DNA of 64,000 nt from Rebecca billardiae RCC1528 (lineage: Eukaryota > Protista > Haptophyta), in contig OZ251245.1 in the NCBI GenBank assembly GCA_965240325.2, positions 868,001-932,000 of the forward strand. The letters are read 5' to 3'. Positions 21,277 through 32,857 of this stretch are shown here, piece after piece. The translations under genes and the position numbers were made by a program. The stretch's first letter is position 1; each line of letters opens with the position of its first letter. Below the pieces are notes generated by a model. It was not told the origin of the DNA, did not search any database, and worked only from the letters and a program-made list of their open reading frames with translations.

Positions 21277-21926
21277 TGCTTGAGGTGCTCGCGCGGCGCC
21301 ATTCGCTCGACGACGGGCCGCTGGTCGCTCACTCAGCCGGCGCGCCTCGTGCCGGCAGACGGAGCGAGAGCGCGCGCCACGCAGTGCTGCCCCGGCCTGC
21401 GCTGCCGGCAGCCGCGCACCGAGACCGAGCGGAGCTCGGGGTGGAACGAGGCGAGCGGCGCGTCGCGCCTGCCGTCGCGCGTGCGCGCCTGCTCCACCGC
21501 GCCGCCGTGCTCGCCCGCCGCCTCCTCCGCCGCGTCGGCCTCGAAGACGGCTGCGGCGGCCCGAGTCAGCGGCTGACGGGCTGAGCCCGTGCGCGCTGGC
21601 ACCCGGCGCCGATCGCCTCGACGGCCCTCTGCTCCACAGCTGGCTGCTCGAGCTGCTGCACGGGGCGTCGCGACGAGGGCGCCGCGCGCGCCCAGCGCGT
21701 CCGTCGCCGCGTCGCGCAGCGCGTCGAGCTCGGCGCCGCGCTTTGCCAGCTCGGCGCCCAACGCCTCCGCACTCGCAGTTGGCATGCGCGAGCGCCAGCG
21801 CGCGCGTTCCGACACGGTGCTGCTGCTGGACTGCTCCGTCGCGGCGGATGTGGCGAGCGAGACGATGGAAGGGCACGCGAGCAGCGCCGCCAGTAGGCAC
21901 TCAGTAGCGCGCCGAGGTAGTCTCAC
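21277..21926 (-). other. Possible spliced hypothetical gene or gene fragment
   Basis: Signal-like LLAALLACPSIVSLA and coding-like segments ending at GTGCGC donors (e.g. ...REHLKQ|GTGCGC at about 21276). No recognisable domain. Confidence 0.3.
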
Positions 21927-22028
21927 GTGGTGCCTAGGTTGCGCGTGCCCAGCAGGCTGAGCATGCCGGCCTGGCGCGCTGCTCGGCTGCTTGGAGGCCG
22001 AGCGAGTGCATCGGAGTGGAGGGCCGCT

Positions 22029-22143
22029 CCGAATCGCGCTGGCCCGCGCGCGGCACGCCTGCGCCTGCCGCCGAATCGCGCTGGTCGCCCGTGCGCGGCA
22101 CGCCTGCGCCTGCCGCCGAATCGCGCTGGCCCGCGCGCGGCGC
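22029..22143. repeat. About 43-bp tandem repeat, about 2.7 copies
   Basis: CCGAATCGCGCTGGCCCGCGCGCGGCACGCCTGCGCCTGCCG units. Confidence 0.8.
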
Positions 22144-22964
22144 GCAGGCGCCTGCAGCGCCCCCGCCTCGGCTTTCGTCGTCAGAGTTCAGACTGCTGCG
22201 ACGCATATGGGGGTACTCTTATTCTATGATTTGACTGTACTCGGCCAAGGTTGACGAATTTTCGCGCTCGCGCCACGCGAGCGCAAAGGTTCGTTCGCGT
22301 CGTTAGTATTCTTCGTCAACCCGATCCGATCTACACCTTTACCATATGTTTTGAAACGTGCACACTTGGTTAAGGCGTGATTACAGTTTACTAAGCATAA
22401 GAGACGCACACAGCTCAGGCATGATGCGAGATCCAGCAAATATCAGCGCGCTCGGTACGCCGACATATGCAGGTTGAAACTCAGTATATGACGACCCATG
22501 CACATGCACTTTGTCAAAACAATACGGCCGCCCTTGGACCGGCGACCAAGTTTTCGAGGCGTCGATGAGACGATGACTAAACTTTACTGACAATGTGACG
22601 CCCACCGGTTAGTTATTGACTCACGCCCGGGCGCGGCTATTTCGTCAATCGCGTCTTGCGGTAATAGACAGCAATGTACGGTGTACCCCTCGAAAATTAG
22701 CGAAAATTCACCCTCATCCAAAGCCCTCAAAATCGTCCCCCGCCCCCTTTTCTAGCAGCTTTAATTGATCAAAAGATCTTTTTGACAACGTAGTGAGGGC
22801 CCCCGGCGGGGCTCCACGCTACGCGCTCCGCCCTGCACCGCGGGCCATTATAATTCATTCACACACTGTATATATATTTTTAACCGCGGACGTGGCAGCA
22901 TCGCGGACAAGCGTCAGGCTCAGAGTGCAACAGACACATAGATAATATTTTCTTTTTCGGCGCA

Positions 22965-24446
22965 ATGGCGGGCCGTAGGTCCGCCCCTTGTAGTGCCCTG
23001 GAAAATATCTGGATGAACAATTCCCACGTCTATCCCACTTGCAATTCCCACTGGGGACGCTATATCAAGGGTTCCCGGATGGCGCGGAGCGCGTGGGCGG
23101 CGCGCGCCAGATCCAACGCCGGCGTGGACATCGCGCGGTGATTCCCGAGACGAGTTTTCGCCCGATTCGCGATTGCTGCCCTCGTCGTCTCGCGTGCAGG
23201 TCGAACGGGGGCCTACTAGTCGACTCGTTTGGAGGTACGCTCGGCGCGTCGACATGATCGTGCGACCTGTGACGGTCCTCGCCCGACTTGCACGTCGAGC
23301 GCTCGCACAGGCCATAATATCAAGTGCTGCGCACGACAACCACCTCGCGCGATCCACCGCCGCGCGTCGGGCTCGGTGCGGAAAGGCCCTCATCACGAGG
23401 TGTCTCGCGGGCGGGAAGCGCCATCGCACGCGACGCAAGATTGGCGCGCCTTCTGAACTCGATCGCCGGAATCCGCGCACCGGACTGTCGCTCGCGGTCC
23501 CTCAGCCGAAGCCCACGTCCGGCGTGCATGGCGTCCACGGTGACCAATGCGACGGAAGCGCAGCGCCAACGGCGTACGACGCGCAGCGGACGCACCTCCG
23601 GGGTCTGTCGCCGTGGCAGCAACCGTGTCTTTGCGAATTGGCGACCCTCGCCGCAGCGCGACACAGACAAGCCCGTGATGCCATCCGCAGAGAGATGAAA
23701 CGTCGAGCATGCAACATCGCCGCGCCATCCTCGTCCATGGCGCAGGCGCTGCGGGACGAGGCGGAAGTCGTCACGCCGGTGACGGATGCGCTGCGATTCG
23801 TGTGCCCGCGTGACCAGCTCGTGCCCACTCTCGATCGCGAGTGGCACACGCTGTCGCTGTGCGCGCGCGCGCGCACAACCAACAGCTCCTCGTGCCGCCG
23901 AGCACGCGGGCGCCAGACCTGTCGAAGATGCGAAGAGCGACGACTGCGTGAACGTCAACGCGCTCGTGCTCAGCGTGGCGGCCGTGTACGATGCCAACGC
24001 GACCTGCGCCGAGCCCATCATGCCCGGAGCGGACATCGGCAAGCGTCCTCGCGACGACCGCTCTCGGCTGGCGGCAGGAGGACATGCACACGATCTACTC
24101 TGGCGGCTTCGTCGGCGGCGAGGCGCTCGATTACGCCATCGCGGTCGAGATGCGGCACATACAGCGCGTACCTGCGTTCGCGCGGAGCATCCGGCTACCC
24201 GCCCCGCCCCGCGTGCTGCACATTCCCTCGTGGGTGTGGGCCTCGCTGATGATGCGCACGCCGCAGACGTGTACACGAGTGTGACGTGAGTGCGAGAACT
24301 TCACAGGTGTCACTGGTCCGAAGCCTGTCCGGCACCCACGGCCACGAGCGAATGCTGTGGAATAAAGACGCGAATAACCCGCAGAGGAAACATTGCGACA
24401 GCACTGGCACGGCCCGCCGACCCCCCCGCCCGCCAGGGCACAGTTT
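22965..24446 (-). mobile_element. About 1.5-kb dispersed repeat, copy B (inverted relative to 13474-14983)
   Basis: Same termini and hairpin as copy A. Perfect 9-bp IR GTGCCCTGG (22993) / CCAGGGCAC (24433). Matching peptides in the ORF track (14424..14882 + and 22920..23480 -). Confidence 0.75.
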
Positions 24447-25679
24447 TATTGATTTCCTGGGGCGGACTGACAGTTCCGCACGCATGCCGGCATGGTCAGC
24501 AAACACTAACTGAAAAGTCGGGACTCGGGTAGTCGGCACAGTGTTAGCGACAGCTGACACACTGTCAGCTGACGATGAGGCGCTGAAGGCCGGAGCGCTG
24601 GGCATGCAGCCCCACCGCGGAGCCACAATCCGCCTGATCATGATGAATTCCTGACGAGTCACCGCGGTGACGATAAGAACCGTGCCATATGCGCTGTTAG
24701 TTATAGTGAGTCGTCACACTCACTCAGTCGAAGTGTGCCGTTGACTGAGCAGTGTCTCTGCTGCAGTACAGTAGTACAGTGACACACGGTCACGAGTGTT
24801 AGACCCGTTGCACGCGTGAGCGCCGAAAAAACGACACTTTGGCAGTGATAGTCATCACCGTCGCCGCATCGTGGGCATGCCGCTGCCGCCGCCGGCGGCG
24901 GCAGCGGGAGCGTGGCAGCAGATCTACCACCTTCCGCGTTACGCGCTGCGTCGTGCGCGCCAGGTGGCAGGTTTCCCAGGTCCGCCGCGCGGAAGGCAGC
25001 GTGAGCGGTCGGCGAGCGCACGGAGGTGAGAAGTAAGCGCGCATCGTGAGAGCTTAAGCAGCTTGCCCACGCGCTTCACGAAGGCGGTGCGGTTGCGTGC
25101 GCACGCCTTCTGTACCCGTACACGCGATCAAAGCGTGAGCCACTCCCTAGGTCTTGCCTGCGCATCGCGGGCCGCGCCTCGTCTCCTGAATCCTCGTTCA
25201 CGAGGACAGCACGTGTATCCGTGTACGCGCTCGCGGCCGATGGCGGCTCCCCGCGTCGAGAGCCGTTTGGCTGGAGCCGCATCCAAGGGCATATATCGTC
25301 ACGGCCCCACCCGATGCTGACGCTGAGGTGGCGTGCTTGCCCAAGGTAGCCGCATTGGCTGATCTCTCTGCCTTTGGGCAACCCTTTGCAACCGCGCCGG
25401 CTCACGCTGCCAGCGCGCGCGCGGCGTGGCTTCGTGGTGGACACCTGCCCTGGGTTTTGTCGTTCGTTCTCAGCGACGGTTGGGTCGATTGACATGCGGA
25501 TTGGATTGGTGCATTGCGAATCGGCTTCGCAATGCACCATTGCGCTCGGATCGGCGCGGACGTCAGCCATGCGGCAGCGCGAGCGACAAAACCGCGAGAT
25601 TTCATACGCTTGTCGTTTTTTCATACGCTCACGGTTACTCACCCGTGCAACGGGTCGTTACCAGTACTCTATACTTATA

Positions 25680-27632
25680 TAGGTGGGTCCCTCCCAACTG
25701 GGGCGATATTCTGGCGCACTCAGAATGACGTCCTAGATTTTGTCTCTCACCCAGAATCGACGCTATAAATGCGTCCCATCGGGGCGGAGCAAAAGTTTCG
25801 ACCTCAAAACCTACTCCGCGTGCCGTCGCGCGGCCGAGCGCGCGCGCGCCGCGCCAGTAGTGTCACATAGAGATTTTGCGAAGCGTTACTTCATGGTTAT
25901 GGTGGCTAGATGGCGACATGCGATCGGAATTACTTATTGACAACCGTTGACACCCGACCGAACCATTTTATGGAGCAAAGAGTGGGGCTCTATGCTGTGC
26001 GCTGATACCTCCAACAAACTACAGCAAGATCGAGCATATTACCCACTTCATATATAGCCACTTACCCGTATATAGTATGAGTGTTACCCACTTTATATTG
26101 ACCGTGGATGCGGTTCACTATATATTCAAATTCGTTCCGATATGTGGGTACGTTTGTTGGGTCATCGAATAGGCGCCGAGCGACGCGGACACAGGCAACC
26201 CGGGCCGCAACCGGACTGCCTGCGAGTGGCAGTGTTTGTGGCGGGCTGCGTGCCGAGGCACACACCATCGCCCGCCACCGAGCATGCCACCGTCGTCACA
26301 CGGGAGCCCTCCGCCGTCGAGGCTGGACTATCAGCCAACGCCACCGCCGGAGCTTGCCGCGTTCGGCGGCTTCCGTGCTCGTACTCCGCGTGTCACCGGT
26401 CGTCGTATGTCCCACCCGCGTGAGGCCGCCACCAGTCCATGACTACCGCAGCTGCAGCCCGTGCCGCCGACGATGCCTCCTACCATCTTCTCGCCAGGCA
26501 GCAATACGATAGGTTCACCGACGCTGCTGCTAGGCTGAGAGCACTCAGCCAGTTGGCCGGCGAGACGTCAGATGGTTGAGCTGCTGGCCTAGCCATCACG
26601 TTGCGGCTTCCGCTCGCTCAAGTACACCCAACGCGACGACGAGAACGTGCCGGGCAATCATCAGGCATGCGTCTGAGGGGTCTACTACGCCTAGCCGTAG
26701 AGTTGCTGAGTACGAGTCTTCGCAGACCACAAGCGGAACGAGTGGGACCACCCAATGGCAGGAGCAACAGCGTGGGGTGGCACCCGCGCCTGTCAACGCG
26801 ACCGCGTTCTGTCAAGAATGGACCCATATCCTGCGACCACCCTCGAGCACCGCATACTATGCCCACACTCGGCATAGGGAAGGATCGCTGAGCGCCTGCT
26901 GCCGCTGTCAAAGGCCCTGCTGATCTTCCTGGCGCTGGATCGTGCACACGGATGGCAAGTCGGCGTGCTCGCCGCACATCGCGGCGGCTTCTCAGCATCC
27001 CAAGTCCTCAGTGCACCCATCCTAGGCCTGCTGGTCGATGATTGGTACCAACCCCCACCAAACACGCCCTCTCGGAAGTCGCCAATCGCTTACATGGCTC
27101 CCCGAGAGCCCGGGGCTGGCTGTCGTGCGTTCTCACGAGCAGCTTGCGCACAGCCCAAATGTCACCTTCACGGTGTGTAGAGCTGCTCAAGACGGCGGGG
27201 ACGTCAAGAGCATGCCCATGCCTGATGGTGGCCCATGCCTCCCGTCACCTGACCCGCCTGTAGCGAAAAGTGGCCCTGCTCGAAGGCACGGCTCGAACAC
27301 CCGCCGATCGATTCAAGTTGTCTGTACGCGTCTAGCCGGGCGAGAGTCAAACATGCGGGCACGTGCCAGGCGGGGGATGTGTGACCACGGATCCCATCCG
27401 TGAGCACGCGCAAAGCGCTGGAGCGCGCGATAGGTGTTGGCTGTGGTCTACCCGACACACGGCGGCTCGGTCGCGCTGGAGAGGCGCTCCGACATCGTCG
27501 GGAGCGTTCAGATCGGACCTCGGCCGGCGGCCCGGCGATTTTCCCGAGCCGCGCCCCGCGCGAAAAGAAATCAGGCCAGAAAACCCGGTAAATGTTTAAA
27601 AGACCGCTGGAAAATCGCCAGGGACCCACCTA
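25680..27632. mobile_element. Non-autonomous TIR DNA element (TAGGTGGGTCCCT...AGGGACCCACCTA)
   Basis: 13-bp TIR flanked by TATA. Internal 25803-26153 is homologous to 59070-59434 of a related element. Confidence 0.7.
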
Positions 27633-27787
27633 TATACTACTCACTCTCACTCACTGAGACTCTCAGTGACTGCAGCAGACTGCAGAGACACTGCTGCTCA
27701 GTCAACGTACGGCACAGCTGGCCTCATAGACCGTCGTCACGGTCGCCCCACTCGCAGGTGTCTCACGACGATACACAGCGTCATGCC

Positions 27788-28423
27788 TCACGCCGGTGGG
27801 AAGAGCGCGCGCAGCTCCTCGGCCTCGCGCGCCATCGCCTCGGCGGTGCGGTCCTTGCGGTCCTCATCCGCGGGCACCTCGAGCTTGGGTCGCGCGTCGT
27901 GGTGCTCCAGCGCGTCGTACACGTCGTCGTTGCGCGCGAAGTCCGCCGGCTTGCGCGGAAGGATGTGCACGTGCACGTGCGGCACGGTCTGCCCCGCGTC
28001 GCGCCCGTCCTGCACGGCAATATTGGCGGCGGTGGCGCCGTAGTGGCCCTCCAGACGCCTCGCGATCAGCCGGACCGAGCGCCAGAGGTCGCACAGCTCC
28101 TCGTCGGTGAGGTCGTCGAGGCGTGGGACGACGCGCTGTGGAACCACCAGCACGTGCCCGGGCACGATGGGCCTGAGGTTCACCAGCGCCAACGTGAGCT
28201 TTGACGGCGAGGCGAAGAAGATCTGCGACTGCGGGATCTCGAATCGACCAAACTGGCAGCCAGCCGGCAGCGGGCCCGCACCGTGCGCGGACATGAGCGC
28301 GAGCGGACGGCGGATAGATGTCGCACGGACGCTCTTGCACAGCGCCGTGGCGACGAGCATGCCCCCCGCGATGAGCGCGCTTGTCAACACCCTCACGTCC
28401 GGCCTGGCGAACATCCCGCGCAT
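27788..28423 (-). CDS. FHIT: FHIT-like HIT hydrolase (bis(5'-adenosyl)-triphosphatase)
   Basis: FGRFEI, ALVNLRPIVPGHVLVVP, QDGRDAGQTVPHVHVHILPRKPADF..NDDVY, RT.EAMA.EA..LR. Confidence 0.92.
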   Translation of the reverse strand: MRGMFARPDVRVLTSALIAGGMLVATALCKSVRATSIRRPLALMSAHGAGPLPAGCQFGRFEIPQSQIFFASPSKLTLALVNLRPIVPGHVLVVPQRVVPRLDDLTDEELCDLWRSVRLIARRLEGHYGATAANIAVQDGRDAGQTVPHVHVHILPRKPADFARNDDVYDALEHHDARPKLEVPADEDRKDRTAEAMAREAEELRALFPPA

Positions 28424-28584
28424 CGTGCGGTCCGATGGCGAGCGGTCGATGCAATTTGTAAGACCCCTTGATGCAGGGTTCCGGCGAGTCCGTGGAGCTC
28501 GAGCTGAAACAGGCATTGGTGGAGATCGCACGACGAGAGCCGACGGCCGGGCGGTCCTGGACTCCTGCTTGACCTTGCGCGACG

Positions 28585-29679
28585 ATGCCGACCGCGACCG
28601 CGAATGACGCCGCGCTGGGCGACGTGAAGAGCAAGATCTACGACAAGTGGATGGCCAAGCTCGGGCGTGCGCCCATCGAGGGCAAGGCCATCGCCATCAC
28701 CGGCTGCACCACGGGCATCGGCCGAGTCGTCGCGCTCGCGGCCGCCAAGCACGGCGCCGGCCACATCTTCCTGCTGAACCGACCATCGGAGCGCGCGCAG
28801 GAGGTGGAGGCGGCGATCCGTGCGGCTGCTTCGGGTGATGCGCACGTCGCCACCATCGCGTGCGATCTCCAGTCCTTCGCCTCGGTGCGCCGCGCGGCCA
28901 CGGAGCTGTGGCGCGCGTGCAAGCGCATCGACGGCGGGCTCGACGTGCTCTACTGCAACGCGGGCGTGATGTCGCTGCCCGAGAAGGCGACGGAGGACGG
29001 GTACGACGTGCAGATGCAGACGAACCACCTGTCCCACTTCATCCTCACCTCGGCGCTCATCCCGCAGCTCGAGCGCGCCGCCAACGGCCCGCGCGGAGAG
29101 GCGCGCGTCGTAGTGATCTCGTCGTCCGCGCGCCAGGGCGGCGGCTTCCTGGAGGCGAAGTTCCTGAACAAGTTTGAGGGCCCGGGGACGCTGGGCGGGG
29201 ACAAGAGCGATGGCGTGGCCGACGGCACGTGGCTGCGCTACCACCACTCGAAGCTCGCCAACGTCCTCTTCGTCCTCGCGCTGCACAAGTGGCTGCAGCA
29301 GCGCGGCTCAAAAGTCAAGGCGCTCGGCGGCGAGCCCGGCTTCGCAGCGACCGAGCTGCAGTCGACGAGCATCAAGGGCGGCGGCATGACGTCCGGCCAG
29401 GGCAGGCTGGTGCGCACGGTGTCGCAGTCCGCCGAGGACGGCGCGCTGTGCACGATCTGGCCGTGCTTTGCGCCCGACGCCGTCTCTGGCTCGTTCTACG
29501 CGCCGTTCTGGGTGCTGTACGGCGCGCCGAGCGCCACCATCGTGGCCGGCAAGGCGACGGGCTGGCTGACCAGGACGACGGAGAAGAACGCGCTGCACGA
29601 GCCCAGCCAGGGGCTGCTGTGGGAGCGGAGCGAGGCCGCGATGGGCCACGAGTTTGGCCATGTCTGGATCAAGGATTAA
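28585..29679 (+). CDS. Short-chain dehydrogenase/reductase (retinol dehydrogenase/WWOX-like)
   Basis: AITGCTTGIG, CDLQSFASV, LDVLYCNAGVM, QMQTNHLSHF, YHHSKLAN (YxxxK). Confidence 0.92.
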   Translation: MPTATANDAALGDVKSKIYDKWMAKLGRAPIEGKAIAITGCTTGIGRVVALAAAKHGAGHIFLLNRPSERAQEVEAAIRAAASGDAHVATIACDLQSFASVRRAATELWRACKRIDGGLDVLYCNAGVMSLPEKATEDGYDVQMQTNHLSHFILTSALIPQLERAANGPRGEARVVVISSSARQGGGFLEAKFLNKFEGPGTLGGDKSDGVADGTWLRYHHSKLANVLFVLALHKWLQQRGSKVKALGGEPGFAATELQSTSIKGGGMTSGQGRLVRTVSQSAEDGALCTIWPCFAPDAVSGSFYAPFWVLYGAPSATIVAGKATGWLTRTTEKNALHEPSQGLLWERSEAAMGHEFGHVWIKD

Positions 29680-30105
29680 GCCGGTGGCGCCCAACGCGGC
29701 GCCCCGCGCGGCGCAGTTACAGTATGAGTATAGTATTATTAGTATTACTATATTGTCTATTCGGTACGAATGTCGCGAATATAGTTACCGCCGTACCGAA
29801 TACCGTCACCATGCGGCATGCTGCTCAGAGTCAGACCCGAGTCGCCGACAACGACCGGACTGATGGCTGGCGGCTCAGCATCGGTCGCTGTCCGAAAACA
29901 GTCGATCACCACACTGACACTAGTGACAGTGTCAGCCCGCGTGACTGCCCGACCCCGTGTGGCGTGTCACAGCGGTGACGCAGGGATGAGGGAAGAGCAA
30001 CTATGGAGGTACGGAAAATGGAAAATTGATGGCGCGGGGCGCCACGAAAAAAATAGGTGTTTCAAATGACCGGGCCGGTGGACCGCCGCCGCCGCCGATC
30101 GGCCG

Positions 30106-31785
30106 ATGGCGGCGAGATCGCGAGCTGGCATGGCGAGCCATCGGCCGTACCTGCTGATCCTCGCGGCGCACACGGCGCTCAAGCTGCTGCTCGTGCCCGC
30201 ATACCACAGCACCGACTTCGAGGTACACCGCAACTGGCTCTCGCTCACGTACACGCAGCCGCTCTCCCGCTGGTACTCGGACACCGCCTCGCCGTGGACG
30301 CTCGATTACCCTCCGCTCTTCGCGTGGTTTGAGCGCGCACTCGCGCAGCTCGCGCCGCTCTTCGACGCGCGCATGCTCGAGCGCGACGCGCTCGGCTACG
30401 CCTCCGATGCGACCGTCCTGTTCCAGCGCCTCACCGTCGTCGCCTCCGACCTCGTCCTCTTCGTCGCGGTTCGCGAGCTGCTCGGGGGCGTGTGGCGGCC
30501 CGTGCCCGCTCGCGCGCGCGACGCGCTCGTGGACGTGCTGCCCTTCGCGCTGGTGTTCTGCGACGTGGGTCTGCTGCTCGTCGACCACGTGCACTTCCAG
30601 TACAACGGCCTTCTCCTCGGCGTGCTCCTGCTCGCGTGCGCCGCGGCCGAGCACTCGCAGCACGCGCTCGCGGCCCTCTGGTTCGCCCTGCTGCTGCAGC
30701 TCAAGCAGCTGTACCTGACGCTGGCGCCGCTCTTCTTCGTGTACCTGCTCCGCGTGCACTGCTTCGCACCCGCGCCCGCGCGCGAGTTCCTGCCGCGCCG
30801 CTTCGCCGAGCTGGGCGCGGTCGTCGCCGGCGTGACGGCGGCATCGATCGCGCCGCTCGCGGCGGCGGGCGGCGGCGCGGCCGTTCGCGCGCTGCTCGCC
30901 CGCCTCTTCCCCTTCGGCGAGCGCGGGCTGACGCACACGTACTGGGCGCCGAACGTGTGGGCGCTCTACCTCGCCGCCGACTGCGCCGCCGTGATGTGCG
31001 CGCGCGCGGGCGCGCGCGTCGGCGTGCGCCTTCCCGGCGCGCGCTGGGCGGCCGCGGCCGCGGCGGGCGCGCGCTGCGCCAACACCGCCGGCGCCGTGGC
31101 TGGTGAGGCGCCAGTGGTGCTTCCGGCGGTGCCGCCTGCGGCGACGGCGGCGCTGGTGCTCGCGCTGAGCGCGCCGGCGCTCCGCGGCGTGTGGTCCCAC
31201 CCGCGGCCGCACGTCTTCCGCCCCGCGCTCGCGAGCGTCGCGCTGGGCTCGTGCCTCGGCGGCTGGCACGTGCACGAGAAGGCCTTCCTGGCACCGGTGC
31301 TCCTGCTGGGGACGATGGCGCTGCGCTCCGGCGCGGACGCGCGCGCGTTCGGGATGCTCGCCGCGCCGGTGTACTACGCGGTGCTCCCGCTGCTCTTCGA
31401 GCCCGACGAGTACCCGCTGCGCACCCTCGCGCTGTGCACGTACGCCCTCGGCTTCGCGCTCGCGAGCACGCTCGTGTCCGCGCGCGCGCGCCCGCCGTTC
31501 AGCGGCGAGGGGGCGCTCCTGGCAAGCTTCACCCGAATGGACCGGGCTTACCTCCTCGGCTTCGCGCCGCTCGAGCTGTACACGAGCTTCGGCCACGCGG
31601 TGCTCGCGGGCACGGCGCTGCCGTTCCTCCCGCTCATGCTCACGTCGGTGTACTGCGCACTCGGCGTGCTGCGCGCAGCCGCGCTCGCGCACGGCCGGCT
31701 GGAGGACGCGCTGGACGGCGCGCGCGAGGCAGCGCACGCAGAGTCGGTGGACAGCGGCGCGGGCGGGCTGCGCCGCGGCGGCTGA
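30106..31785 (+). CDS. ALG8: Dolichyl-P-Glc alpha-1,3-glucosyltransferase ALG8
   Basis: YHSTDFEVHRNWL, WTLDYPPLFAWFE, DHVHFQYNG, RLFPF..RGLTHTYWAPNVWALY, GWHVHEKA. Confidence 0.94.
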   Translation: MAARSRAGMASHRPYLLILAAHTALKLLLVPAYHSTDFEVHRNWLSLTYTQPLSRWYSDTASPWTLDYPPLFAWFERALAQLAPLFDARMLERDALGYASDATVLFQRLTVVASDLVLFVAVRELLGGVWRPVPARARDALVDVLPFALVFCDVGLLLVDHVHFQYNGLLLGVLLLACAAAEHSQHALAALWFALLLQLKQLYLTLAPLFFVYLLRVHCFAPAPAREFLPRRFAELGAVVAGVTAASIAPLAAAGGGAAVRALLARLFPFGERGLTHTYWAPNVWALYLAADCAAVMCARAGARVGVRLPGARWAAAAAAGARCANTAGAVAGEAPVVLPAVPPAATAALVLALSAPALRGVWSHPRPHVFRPALASVALGSCLGGWHVHEKAFLAPVLLLGTMALRSGADARAFGMLAAPVYYAVLPLLFEPDEYPLRTLALCTYALGFALASTLVSARARPPFSGEGALLASFTRMDRAYLLGFAPLELYTSFGHAVLAGTALPFLPLMLTSVYCALGVLRAAALAHGRLEDALDGAREAAHAESVDSGAGGLRRGG

Positions 31786-32857
31786 GGCGTGCCCGAGGCA
31801 GGAGGGGCAGGGTGGGCGGCTGGAGGGAGGCCTACAGCGGGCCTTCGAGAGTTGGAGCTGCCGAGCTGTGATCACTCCGTGCAGTCGTGCACCCCGTGTG
31901 CCGGTGTGCCGGTGTGCGATACTGTCTGCAGTGGCCTGAGACTCGCGAGCAATCGCGCAACGAGTCGCCTCGGGCCGGAGAATGAGCGCAATGAGATAAT
32001 GATGACGACGATGATCATCGCGCTCGTGGTACGGTGCAGGCTACAGGGGGGTCCAGATGGTGGGCCCCACTTTGGCGGTGGCTGGCCAGGTAGTGCGGCA
32101 CGTCAGTGCCTCTGGACGGGCATTGAGCGGTGGCGAGGTCGCCAAATGGCGTGACGTGGTCCCAGACAAGGATGTTACTAGTCCTGATCAGCTTGCTAGC
32201 CATGCCGGTCGTTGATCACCCTGCCGTTGACAGGCGCGCACACGCCAAACGTATTCGCACGGCAGCCGTGTCGGACGGCGGTCGCACGACTACCGCGCAG
32301 CCAACCTTGCTCGTCAGATCCACGGCTTGTAGGGTCAGGTGGACCATTGCCAGGCATGCACCGTCGCAATGCATGCCCCAGAGGGCAGTATGACCGTCAG
32401 AACGGTGATCCTGGCCGCTACCTGCCCATCCTTCTCATGCGCAACCTCACCGGCGCGCCGGTCGTACGGGGTCGTGGACGTGGACGTGAGAGTGGTCGAA
32501 AAGTCGGAAGGGAAGCTGTCACTCACGCGCACGCGCTCGTACGGCGACGCCGACCTGCCTACGCCACGCCCCAGTGACCGGGCCGTGGCGCTGGGGCCTT
32601 AGATCGCGTTGGGACGGGCATTCACGCCCGCCATGGCTTCCCTTCCGAAGTGGGAAACTTCATCTGGCCCCCCCTGTATGCTCTGCCACCAACGCCGACT
32701 TCTCACTTCTTGTCGACGAGACTCGCGGGCACTGCCGCCGACGACGAATCAGCTTAGGGCCGAAAAGAAAAAGAAAAGCGGAGCCACCGTTCGCCGCCCG
32801 CCCGCACGGGCCGCGGCGGCCCCCACGGCGGGCGAGGTGCCGCGCGCGAGCGGGCGC

